NCBI RefSeq assembly: GCF_964204645.1
Contig: NC_134030.1
Span: 2,153,355 to 2,217,354, forward strand
DNA: 64,000 nt
Origin: Tubulanus polymorphus
Lineage: Eukaryota > Animalia > Nemertea
Direction: 5' to 3'
Shown piece after piece: positions 41,038 through 53,100 of the stretch. The translations under genes and the position numbers were made by a program. The notes below the pieces were generated by a model that made no database searches, had not been told where the DNA came from, and saw only the letters and a program-made list of their open reading frames with translations. Numbering within the stretch: the stretch's first letter is position 1; every line of letters begins with the position of its first letter.

Positions 41038-41072
41038 AATAAATATATTTATTCTTGTGTTGTGTTGTTTAT
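41038..41072 (+). terminator. Poly(A) signal plus downstream GU-rich element (copy 1; also 44235 and 47671)
   Basis: AATAAA followed ~15 nt later by TTGTGTTGTGTTGTTT, about 76 nt after the acceptor ttaattgtag|GAATGCC. Confidence 0.6.
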
Positions 41073-41300
41073 TCAGTGGGATCTGTGGTGATTCAACCAC
41101 TTGATCCTGCAAGTGTTTTTGCCATCCAAACCCCGAATCCATGCGCGTTGTTTTGACCGACGAAAGTTTTAAAGTGATACACAAATCTTAAGGAAATCTA
41201 AAGACTAGTACCGGTAATAAGATTTATTGATCACTTTCTAAACTTCAGACAAGTCTTTAATTGATGTTAGATTGGTTAGATAAAGAAAAGACTGGACTTA

Positions 41301-41390
41301 GGCCCAGTTGCACAGTCGTTACTTGATCTGGACTTAAGACGTCAGACTGCTTGTCTTGATTCCATTCAGTCGTGACTGTGCACCTTGGCC
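41301..41390. mobile_element. ~90-bp Harbinger-like MITE family (further copies ~47932, ~48454; related start at ~19856)
   Basis: GGCCCAGTTGCACAGTCGTTACT ... AGTCRTGACTGTGCACCTTGGCC. Confidence 0.6.
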
Positions 41391-43966
41391 AAGGTCTTTT
41401 AACTCTATCAAATATCAGTTGCAGCTGCCTCTTGACGAATGATCTAACCTTTTATCTTATCTATCCTAACATGATCCTTAACTGCTTAATTCTCTATCAC
41501 CAATTTCACAAGTCAAAAGGTAGTTGTCATTGATAAAATAGATGTAGTCACTGCGAAACAATTGTAATTAATTTGAAACTTGATGCATTGATGCTCACTC
41601 TTAAGAGTGTTCACTTTCAGATCCACAGAGACTAAAAGTGATCTATAGTGTTTAAATCTAATTACCAAAGTTCAGACAAGTCTTTAAATATTGCTAATTT
41701 GTGAAATAGAGAATAGACTGGACTTAATCTGGTGTTAAGACGTCAGACTGCTAGTCTTGAATCCATTGAGTCATGACTGCACCTTGGCCAAGGTCTTTTG
41801 ACTTCATTAAATATCAGTTGCAGCTACCTCTTGACGTAATCTAACCTTTTATCTCATCTATCCTAACATAATCCTTAACTGCTTGATTATCCACCAATTT
41901 CACAAGTCAAAAGGTAGTTGTCATTGATTAAATAGATGTAGTCACTGCGAAACAATTGTAATTAATTTGAAACTTGATGCATTGATGCTCACTCTTAAGA
42001 GTGTTCACTTTCAGATCCACAGAGACTAAAAGTGATCTATAGTGTTTAAATCTAATTACCAAAGTTCAGACAAGTCTTTAAATATTGCTAATTTGTGAAA
42101 TAGAGAATAGACTGGACTTAATCTGGTGTTAAGACGTCAGACTGCTAGTCTTGAATCCATTGAGTCATGACTGCACCTTGGCCAAGGTCTTTTGACTTCA
42201 TTAAATATCAGTTGCAGCTACCTCTTGACGTAATCTAACCTTTTATCTCATCTATCCTAACATAATCCTTAACTGCTTGATTATCCACCAATTTCACAAG
42301 TCAAAAGGTAGTTGTCATTGATAAAATAGATGTAGTCACTGCGAAACAATTGTAATTAATTTGAAACTTGATGCAATGATGTTCACTCTTAGAGTGTTTA
42401 CTGTACGTGGTATGTGTGTATGGAGGCAATTTCAATTAATTTGAAACACTTTATTTCATTACTATTATCAATGATTTTCCATTTTGTTATAATCTGTTTA
42501 GGAGATGACAAATTGCCAGAGATGACCATGGATCAGTCGACATGTACCGGTATGTATCAGGACAATTTTTTGTTGTGTAGAGAAATCTAGAGGGATAAAT
42601 CTTTAAGAATCTGTCATTTCTAATTTCAGTGTCCATCATCATGAGTTAATACGAATATCTGATTTGAACTGAACTCGGCAGTCATTCAACAGTCGAGATG
42701 CCTGTCACATATATAAGTTATGTATTTACCGCCAGCAGACAATTAAAACAACTTGCATCATTAATGATTTACTGTTTGTGGATGAACTTGAGAACAGTCG
42801 CTGCTCCTTAATACTATCAGTTACAGCCATATTTTGATATAATATCTGTCTAAACCTCTATCTCAATCCTTAACTTAATAAATACTAATTCTTCCTTCTA
42901 ACCTTCTACTAATTGTATGAGTCAAGAGATGGTTGTCATTGATAGAATTAGGTCCGCTATACTGACTAATTGTCATAATTTATAATACCACTGCATACTC
43001 TTGACTCTCCATTTCAGTTTAATTGATTCAATAAGTCACCAACTTGTTATTTACATTTCAGTGTCAATCATTATTAGTTGACCTGCAAAGACTCAAACTG
43101 AATTCACTGCTGCTACAGATACACCATCAATCAATACAGTTCAATCAATTTTGAGACACTTCTTCTAAATCTTTCTTTTAAATCGGCTAAGTGGTATGTA
43201 TTAACACATAGGGGCGGATGTAACAAAATTGAGAAACTGGTTAAAATTGATATGTCATTCTACGTATTTTCAGCTACAACTACCAGGTCCCCATTATTTC
43301 TACCAAATTCTGACCACAATCAATTCTTGAAAAACTCCTGGACAATGAAGAAGAAAGATTCATACAAACATAAGGTACTAGTAATTTTATTAATGAATGA
43401 TTTTACTTATTTATTGAACATTTTAATCAGTAAATTGGTGCTAATATTAGATGACAATAGTAGTTGATAAATTCATTATTGAAAGTGCTTAGATCTTTGA
43501 ATCGTATTCATTAAAGGTGCCGCCGCACACCAGATGGCACCACTTTACGGTCATTTTACTACTAGACTGGTTGCCTGTGTAATAAATACAATACAATGAA
43601 CTTTATTCACATGTAATAACCGATTCTAACCGCAATCATTTGAACCCATGTGGCACCCGTGTGAACAGTTTATCCGGGCCAAATTTGGCCCGACCAAAAA
43701 CGTCAGACCAGGCCGAGCCACAGGACAAATATTGCGTTTGAATTGCAACTTGTTCCTGAAACTACTCATGCTTTCAGTTTGAGCGTTGTTTTAAGTATCG
43801 GTTAGCGTGTGAGCCAGTCGGGCCAATTGGCTCGGGTCAGATCTGTGCTTGGTCTCTGGGCCAAACGTGTGATCGCAGCCAATATCTATACAAGCGCAGC
43901 CAAAGCCTGAAGGCTGCATGATTCTGGCATAGCTTGTTGAATTCTTGATTCGCAACTGGCAACCGG

Positions 43967-44068
43967 AACCCAGTTCCACAGTTGTGATTTGACTCAGAGT
44001 TAACTCATTGAAAATTAACTAATTTTAACTCAAGAGTTAACTCTAACTCATGACTGTGGAACTGGACC
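43967..44068. mobile_element. PIF/Harbinger-type mini-MITE with CGG TSD, present only in the middle 3' module
   Basis: CCAGTTCCACAG ... CTGTGGAACTGG; copies 1 and 3 have the empty site ggcaaccagat. Confidence 0.8.
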
Positions 44069-44527
44069 CGGATCTATATAGACCTATCGGAATCATCGCT
44101 TGCCACAGTTAGCAGTGCTGTCTCGTGTAATTGATAAGTGTTTATGTATTAATTGCAGGAATGCCTGGTGATGTAGAGCTTGAAGTTCACAGAAGCTGAA
44201 AACAGAGAAACCGGCTCTGAATCTATTGTGTATAAATAAATATATTTATTCTTGTGTTGTGTTGTTTATTCAGTGGGATCTGTGGTGATTCAACCACTTG
44301 ATCCTGCAAGTGTTTTTGCCATCCAAACCCCGAATCCATGCGCGTCGTTTTGACCGACGAAAGTTTTAAAGTGATACACAAATCTTAAGGAAATCTAAAG
44401 ACTAGTACCGGTAATAAGATTTATTGATCACTTTCTAAACTTCAGACAAGTCTTTAATTGATGTTAGATTGGTTAGATAAAGAAAAGACTGGACTTAGGC
44501 CCAGTTGCACAGTCGTTACTTGATCTG

Positions 44528-44859
44528 AGGCCTTTTTATGAACCAGCAAAATCGAAATAGATTAGCTATTTAGATTATATAGCCGATTAGTGTCAATTAG
44601 CATAACCGGGTATGTTGGTTGATAAAAACGCCAGGTAGAAATTATTCAATTATGGCCCAGTCAGCAGCGACTTCTACCGAGAACACCATATCGGTTGGAT
44701 TAGATAATCGGCATACTTGCTCGCCGAGCGAGTATGCCGAGTATGCTAATCGATTATGATAACCAATGTTCATAAAAATGACGGATTATGACATAATCCA
44801 TGCTCATAAAAACGTTTTGCATACTCGAATATACTAATCGAGTGTTCGTAAAAAGGCCT
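44528..44859. mobile_element. PIF/Harbinger-type MITE with CTG TSD, present only in the middle 3' module
   Basis: TIRs AGGCCTTTTTATGAAC / GTTCGTAAAAAGGCCT; empty site gatctggtcttaag at paralogous positions. Confidence 0.85.
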
Positions 44860-47800
44860 CTGGTCTTAAGACGTCAGACTGCTAGTCTTGAATCCATTGA
44901 GTCATGACTGCACCTTGGCTAAGGTCTTTTAACTTCATTAAATATCAGTTGCAGCTACCTCTTGACGTAATCTAACCTTTTATCTCATCTATCCTAACAT
45001 AATCCTTAACTGCTTGATTATCTACCAATTTCACTAATTCAAAAGGTAGTTGTCATTGATAAAATAGATCATATAGTCACTGCGAAACAATTGTAATTAA
45101 TTTGAATTTTGATGCATTGATGTTCACTCTTAGTGTTTACTATCATCATCATCATCAGCAACCGTCTGGGTCGGTTGCTCTAAGGTTGCGCTTTATCCAG
45201 CGGATGAATACCTTAGAAGAACGGACTTAATTGTCTCTATGTCAGACCCACAGCGACTGGTAATAAGATTTATTGATCACTTTCTAAACTAAAGACAAGT
45301 CTTTAATTGATGTAAGATTGGTTATAGAGAATAGATCGGACTTAGGCCCATTTGCACAGTCGTTACTTGATCTGGTCTTAAGACGTCAGACTGCTTGTCT
45401 TGAATCCATTCAGTCATGACTGTGTTTAATTCTATTATTAGCTGTAGCTACCACTTGACGAATGATCTAACCTTTTATATCATCTATCCTAACATGATAA
45501 ATACTAATCATTCACTGCTTAATTTTCCACCAATTTCACTGAAGTCAAAAGGTATTTGTCATTGATAAAATAGATATAGTCACTGCGAAACAATCGTAAT
45601 TAATTTGAAACTTGATGCATTGATGTTCACTCTTAGGTAGTTTACTTTCATCTAAGATTTATTGTTATATACCGCCATACTCTGTACCTATGCGGGCTGG
45701 TTTGTCCGAGTAAGGCGAGGTCTACTGTATTTTACCACAAAACAATATCTTATAAATATCAGTGAATCTGTTATTTTCATTTCAGTGTCAATCATTGTTC
45801 GTTGAGCTGCAAAATGAATGAACCAACATCTTAATTGAACTGAGTTCCACAGTCCATGGTCGCTTCAGCTACTGACATACAGTGCGTGGTATGTGTGTAT
45901 GGAGGCAATTTCAATAAATTTGAAACACTTATTTCATTACTATTATCAATGATTTTCCATTTTGTTATAATCTGTTTAGGTGACGACAAATTGCCAGAGA
46001 TGACCATGGATCAGTCGACATGTATGTATCGGGACAATTTTTTGCTGTGTAGAGTAATCTAGAGGGATAAATCTTTAAGAATCTGTCATTTCTAATTTCA
46101 GTGTCCATCATCATGAGTTAATACGAATATCTGATTTGAACTGAACTCGGCAGTCATTCAACATGTGGAGCCTGTCACACATATAAGTTATGTATTTACT
46201 GCCAGCAGGCAATTAAAACAACTTGCATCATTAATGATTTACTGTTTGTGGATGAACTTGAGAACAGTCGCTGCTCCTTAATACTATCAGTTACAGCCAT
46301 ATTTTGATATAATATCTGTCTAAACCTCTTTCTCTCCTTAACTTAATAAATACTAATTCTTCCTTCTAACCTTCTACTAATTGTATGAGTCAAGAGATGG
46401 TTGTCATTGATAGAATTAGGTCCGCTATACTGACTAATTGTCATAATTTAAAATACCACTGCATACTCTTGACTCTCCATTTCAGTTTAATTGATTCAAT
46501 AAGTCACCAACTTGTTATTTTCATTTCAGTGTCAATCATTATTAGTTGATCTGCAAAGACTCAAACTGAATTCACTGCTGTCAGAAGGCTTCAGATACAA
46601 AATCAATCAATACAGTTCAATCAACTTTGAGACACTTATTTCTTTTAAATCGGCTAAGTGGTATGTATTAACACATAGGGGCGGATGTAACAAAATTGAA
46701 AAACTGGTTAAAATTGATATGTCATTCTACGTATTTTCAGCTACAAGTACCAGGTCCCCATTATTTCTACCAAATTCTGACCGCAATCAATTCTTGAAAG
46801 ACTCCTGGACAATGAAGAAGAAAGATTCATGCAAACATGATAAGGTACTAGTAATTTTATTAATGAATGATTTTACTTATTATAAGTACAAGATTATTGA
46901 CATAATTTCTTTAGTTATACTTTCATAGATTAATAGGTATGTTTATTGAACATTTTAATCAGTAAATTGGTGCTAATATTAGATGACAATAGTAGTTGAT
47001 AAATTCATTATTGAAAGTGCTTAGATCTTAGAATCGTATTCATTAAAGGTGCCGCCGCGCACCAGATGGCACCACTTTATGGTCATTTTTACTACTAGAC
47101 TGGTTGCCTGGTGTAATAAATACAATACAATGAACTTTATTCACAGGTAATAACTGATACTAACCGCGATCATTTGTACCCATGTGGCACCCGTGTGAAC
47201 AGTTTATCCGGGCCAAATTTGGCCCGACCAAAAACGTCAGACCAAGCCGAGCCACGGGACAAATGATTGCGTTTGAATTGCAACGTGAACTCCTGAAACT
47301 GCTCACGCTTTCAGTTAGAGCGTTGTTTTAGTATCAAGGTTAGCGTGTGAGCCAGTCGGGCCAATTAGCTCGGGTCAGATCTGTGCTTGGTCTCTGGGCC
47401 AAACGTATACGTGTGATCGCAGCCAATATCTATACAAGCGCAGCCAAAGCCTGAAGGCTGCATGATTCTGCGTAGCTTGTCGAATTCTTCATTCGCAACT
47501 GGCAACCAGATATATATAGACCTATCGGAATCATCGCTTGCCACGTTAGCAGTGCTGTCTCGTGTAATTAATAAGTGTTTATGTATTTATTGTAGGAATG
47601 CCTGGTGATGTAGAGCTTGAGTTCACAGAAGCTGAAAACAGAGAAACCGGCTCGGAATCTATTGTGTATAAATAAATATATTTATTCTTGTGTTGTGTTG
47701 TTTATTCAGTGGGATCTGTGGTGATTCAACCACTTGATCCTGCAAGTGTTTTTTGCCCATCCAAACCCCGAATCCATATGCGTCATTTTGACTGACTTAA

Positions 47801-48649
47801 GTTTCAAAGTGATACACAAATCTTAAGGAAATCTAAAGACTAGTACCGGTAATAAGATTTATTGATCACTTTTTAACTAAAGACAAATCTTTAATTGATG
47901 TTAGATTGGTTAGAGAGAATTGATCGGACTTGGGTCCAGTTGCACAGTCGTTACTTGATCTGGTCTTAAGACTAGCAGTCTTGAATCCATTCAGTCATGA
48001 CTGTGCACCTTGGCCAAGGTCTTTTAACTCTATTAAATATCAGTTGCAGCTACCTCTTGACGAAATCTAACCTTATCTTATCTATCCTAACATGATAAAT
48101 ACTAACCATACACTGCTTAATTCTCTATTACCAATTTCACAAGTCAAATGGTAGTTGTCATTGATAAAATAGATATAGTCACTGCGAAACAATTGTAATT
48201 AATTTGAAACTTGATGCATTGATGTTCACTCCTTAATAATAGTGTTTACTTGCATCATCAGCAACTTGATATTCGTCTGGTTCGGTTGCGCTTTAACCAG
48301 CGGATACAATACCGTAGTTAAAACACGCCTAATTGTCTCTATGTCAGATCCTCAGAGACTAAAAGTGATCTACAGTGTTTAAATCTTATTGCCATAGTTC
48401 AGACAAGTCTTTAAATATTGCTAATTTGTGAAATAGAGAATAGACTAGACTTAGGCCCAGTTGCACAGTCGTTACTTGATCTGGTCTTAAGACGTCAGAC
48501 TGCTCGTCTTGGATCCATTCAGTCATGACTGTGCACCTTGGCCAAGGTCTTTTAACTCTATCAAATATCAGTTGCAGCTACCTCTTGACGAATGATCTAA
48601 CCTTTTATCTTTTGTCAAAAGGTAGTTGTATGTCAATGATAAAATAGAT

Positions 48650-48808
48650 AGTCAACCCCCGATATACCACCCTCCCACCACCACCACCCCATGACTGCCG
48701 CCAGGTTTGCTCAGTGTACATCTCAATACAGATATATATATATATCAAAACACCCCCTAATACCGCCATACTCTGTACCTATGTGGGCGGTATATCGGGG
48801 GTTGACTG
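48650..48808. mobile_element. Uninterrupted copy of the same pogo-like MITE
   Basis: AGTCAACCCCCGATATACC ... GGTATATCGGGGGTTGACT, sharing internal tgtacatctc and aacacccc. Confidence 0.75.
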
Positions 48809-49544
48809 AATCATTGCGAATACAATTACATGATGTAATTTGAGACTTGACGCAATGCGATACTTTATACCACTCTTAAGAGTATGTACTTTCATCAGCA
48901 ATTTGATATCATGTGTCTGGGTCAGTTGATCAAAGGTTGCTTTAAGATAAGTATCAATGTAAAACTACCGGTATTAATTGTCACTAGTATGTCAAATCCA
49001 CTAGTTAATTCTAACTACCTTTAAGCAACTGATCCGTGGTTAAAGATAATTTTCGCACCATTTGACCCTACCTCGTGACCTGTTTGTGGTGTAGGCCTAC
49101 ATACTCGTATAGGCCACAATACCATAAGGGTTTATGCGATCTAGAGTTGGATGATGCGGGCTGCGAATCGAGATGCACTGAAACATACCTCACTGTACAT
49201 CAAAGTTAGAACTGATATTCTTTTACCAATAAATACATTTATTATCGTGTTGCCTTGTTTATTGCGGTATGGGCGGTGATGCAACCATCATCTTCCACAC
49301 AATATTTCAACAAAACCCGTCTAAACTTACGATTGTCGTGTTCAAACTCGGTAAATCGCATTTGGACGAGTTTTCTCCCTAAAACCTCTATTGCCATAAT
49401 TTGCTCCATCCCTGGCTCCAAACTGTGTTAGTTATGGCAGTAGAGGGTTTAGGTTGACAGTTTCATAGACTGGTTGCCGGTCTCCTTTATTCAAAATTTC
49501 AATGATTCACGGCGACCAGTTCTATGTTCCGTTAATTTACGTCG

Positions 49545-49815
49545 TTTCAATAAAATGTGTTGGATTGGGCAAAAGGCTGCTCTGGCAGTTGGGTTCTCAA
49601 TAAAAGTATTGGATTGCACAAACAGCGTCTCTGGCAGTCGGGTGTTCAATAACGTGTGTTGGATTGCACTAAAAGCGTCTCTGGCAGTCGGGTGTTCAAT
49701 AAAATGTGTTGTATTAGAGAAAACGCGTCTCTGGCAGTCGGTTTTCAATAAAATATGTTAGATTGGATAAAAAGCGGCTCTGGCGGTCGAGTTTTCAATA
49801 AATTATGTTGAATTG
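49545..49815 (+). repeat. ~50-bp tandem repeat, 6 copies
   Basis: TTCAATAAAATGTGTTGGATTG...CTCTGGCAGTCGGGT. Confidence 0.85.
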
Positions 49816-50139
49816 TACGTACCAGGATTGTAATGTATTACGTGTGACATGTTCCGTTTTGAATTGTCGTTGCCTGGAGGAGTTTAGTAAATAAATTTCA
49901 ATTGCTGCTTTTTTTTTGTTTTTCGGGTTGGTGCTGCTGTGAATGCTGTGATACGGTGCATTAATAGTACAGCTGTTTTGCCGATGCTGCGTTTAATAGT
50001 ATCAATCAGTGATAATCTAATTCGTTGGATAGGCCTACGTCAAAAGCTGCAGGTCGGGTGCTCGCGCTGGGAGGAGCGAGGAGGCTGGGTGATACACTGT
50101 TGTTACTGGTGGTGCGTTGTGTAAGCTGCTGCTGTAATA

Positions 50140-53100
50140 ATGGCGATGGAGAAGCAGTACGTGTTGAGGGAAACTCACACACGAACTATCACCGCCCTCG
50201 GTTACAACCCGAGCAGACGTGAAATATTAATGGGTTGTGAAGGTTTGTTACATTGTTGCATCCTCCTCAAGAAAGCTGGGACTGGTATAGAAAATCTCGG
50301 ATTCAGCGCCAGGAGATCCTAGTTTATGGCCTAATTAGTCTCTCTGTGAGAATGTTTGCACAGCTGGTCCCTGGTCTGTAATTATACAGACTTAATTAAT
50401 CCATATCAACTATGAAGTGTAACCTGGTAACCCGTATGTCAGATATCAAAATTGCCTGACTTAAAATAATGTGGCTAATTAAGACGAGGTGCTTGTTAAA
50501 AACTTTTCAAAAAAACACTGTTTATTATTGTTTTTATCACTAATAGATGGCGTGATAAAGATCTGGGAATCTGAAGGTGGAAAACTCGTACAAGCGGTTC
50601 ACGAACACCGAGGTTGGATTACTGACTTCTTATTTTGGTAAGTTCTGCCTGTATCTCACTATTAGCAGCATTCTGACTGCTAACTGGTTGAGCAGGTTCA
50701 TCCCAGATGGATTTCTTCGGTCTAAAATGATTCGGATTAACCCATTAGATGCCGTAACTTCATATATATGTTCCAGAATAACAAACGCTTAATTCGCCAA
50801 TTGAATTTGCATGTAAAGATTAAGTAGAAATGCAGTATGAAAACTACTGAAAATGATGCATTACAAACATTGATTATTTTGAAGATACAGGCTTTCTATT
50901 GCTGTATAGATTTGGTAAACCATTGGTCAAAAGTTAGTCCTTCAAACTATAGGTGACGCTGCGGTTTATTGGGTTAAACAGCTTTTATAACCTTAACGTA
51001 GTATTTAGACCTGAACAGATCTCATTCATGTTATTCAAATGGTGTAGGTTGAATATTTTGTAGGAACGAATCTAAACTCATGTTATCAGCCGCTAATGAT
51101 GGTATTATAATAGCCTGGGCTCCTGGTGGAGGCATCTATGATAAGATATACGTAAGTTTGATTAGAGATGCTTAGATTAGTCCAATCTGATCCTCCCTAC
51201 CTCAGTACCAGAGCCATTTCATTCAAGTGTTGAATGTTACAGAAGACTTGTGCGTTTGCCAGTCATCTCTTCGAGGTACCACGGGATGGGTTCGGATCTC
51301 GATGAATTGGAGTAAGAAAATGGGTAATATATTGTCAGGCGGTTAGCGATAATCTGAGGCAATTGACTCAGCGGTGAACGGTAGTCTATGGTTGCATAGC
51401 GCGATACAATATGATAATCTAAATGAACTAATTGATGTGACAGTCAGTTGTATGATTGATATCAAATCTTTGGCTGAATATCAATTAGAATATGTAACAA
51501 GTGAATTAATAACTAAATCATATCACTAACTCTGACATAAATTAGTTCATTTACACGATCATTTTGTATAGAATACGTAAAAAGTATAAGCAAATAAATT
51601 TTGATATATTGACAGGTCGGATGTCCAGTTTATTGTATGACTATAAATCCACGAAGGCATCAACTGATTTGTGGAGTTAACGGAAGCGTCAGAGTTTTCG
51701 ATCTCGATGAAAGTAAGAGAACTTTTAATCGTCGTCCCACGTCCTCCTCTTGATCAGTTTATTCATTTTTCTTATGAAATTATCGTTTTTTTGTAGATAA
51801 AGAATGCGGTCACATTATAAATCTGCAAACTCAGTATATTGCGAAAGAGCACACTGACATAGTTAAATGTGTCGTGTGTCATGAGGGAAGAGTTTACACT
51901 GGCGGGTGAGTAAATACATCACTTGAAACCGAGGGCGCTGATGAGGTTGAGATTTAGGAGCCGGGTTCTGTTTTGATTATTGTACCCATTGAAAACGTGA
52001 AGTACCCAATGTGGCGATTAAAGTTTAATTGTTCAAGTTTAAATGAACTAAAATCTTTAGTTTTATGAAAAACTAAAGATTTGAGTTCATTTAAACTTAA
52101 ACAATTAAACTTAAATTGCCACATTGGGTACTTCACGTTTTCAATGGGAACAATAATCAAAACTGAACCCGGCAGGGTTAGTTATATGAAAAAATGAACC
52201 AGTCTAACCCTTCCTGTACTTAATAATGATAATCATGATGATATTTTTCAGTTATGATCAGAAACTGATAATCTACGACTCATCATACACAGGAAACCGA
52301 ACTATTCGACCTCTTTACGTTAACGTTCAAGCTCACGACGCCGGAATCTCCTGTTTAGTTTTAGCGAAAGACAACGAAAATAACAACTGGTGAAAATATC
52401 ATCCGAAAATATTCAACTTCAAACGCGTCGTGTTTAAACTATAAAATAGTGAATGTTTGTTTGTATGATTCAGGATTGTGACGGGATCGTTCGATAAATC
52501 CGTTAAAATCTGGTCGCAGGACGGAAAATTGGTACATCGTTTAGAGGGTTTCCTAGCAACAGTTTCAGGGGTGTGTTACGTGCCTCGTAATAAAACGATC
52601 TGGGCCGTCGGAGGAACTTCATACGCTTTACTGTTCGATCCGAAATCCGGTGATAATGTAAGTATTTGGATTTGTGTAATCTGTATTTCTATTTCATACA
52701 GGTTTCCTGTTAACTGTATTACTATTTCATACAGGTTTCCTGTTAACTGTATTACTATTTCATACAGGTTTCCCGTTAACTGTATTACTATTTCATACAG
52801 GTTTCTTGTTAACTGTATTACTATTTCATACAGGTTTCCCGTTAACTGTATTACTATTTTATACAGGTTTCCCGTTAACTGTATTACTATTTCATACAGG
52901 TTTCCCGTTAACTGTATTGCTATTTCATACAGGTTTCCCGTTAACTGTATTACTATTTCATACAGGTTTCAGATTTCATCGGAACTTTTCAAACTCAAGA
53001 AGAGGAAAAATACCATTTGCAATGTCTCAAGTTTTTCCCGGAACTGAATCAAGTTGTCGGTACGTTTAACTCATGATGTTCTCAGTAGTTGAGAAAGTCG

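Larger units (their letters stand above)
26112..47700 (+). ncRNA. Candidate highly multi-exonic repeat lncRNA: array of ~85-90 short non-coding exon-like units
   Basis: Recurrent acceptors (TTTTCATTTCAG|TGT, TTTTAATCTGTT(T)AG|GAG) and donors (TG|GTATGT, AT|GTATGT), core introns of 85-115 nt. Reference copy: A 29391-29465, B 29552-29598, C 29687-29791, D 29898-29939, E 30055-30127, F 30225-30314, G 30400-30482. Units A, F and G were checked and have stops in all three frames. Terminal exons carry AATAAA. Transcription itself is inferred. Confidence 0.6.
39130..48650 (+). repeat. Triplicated ~3.2-3.4-kb segment carrying the 3' end of the exon array
   Basis: Near-identical blocks, e.g. the MSFYVFSAT segment at 40061, 43252 and ~46719; terminal exon starts at 40962, 44159, 47596. 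Confidence 0.92.

Noticed and set aside
52658-52965. ITISYRFPVNC repeat as part of the WD40 protein
   Set aside because: It is an intronic 33-bp repeat, and that frame is out of phase with the next exon.
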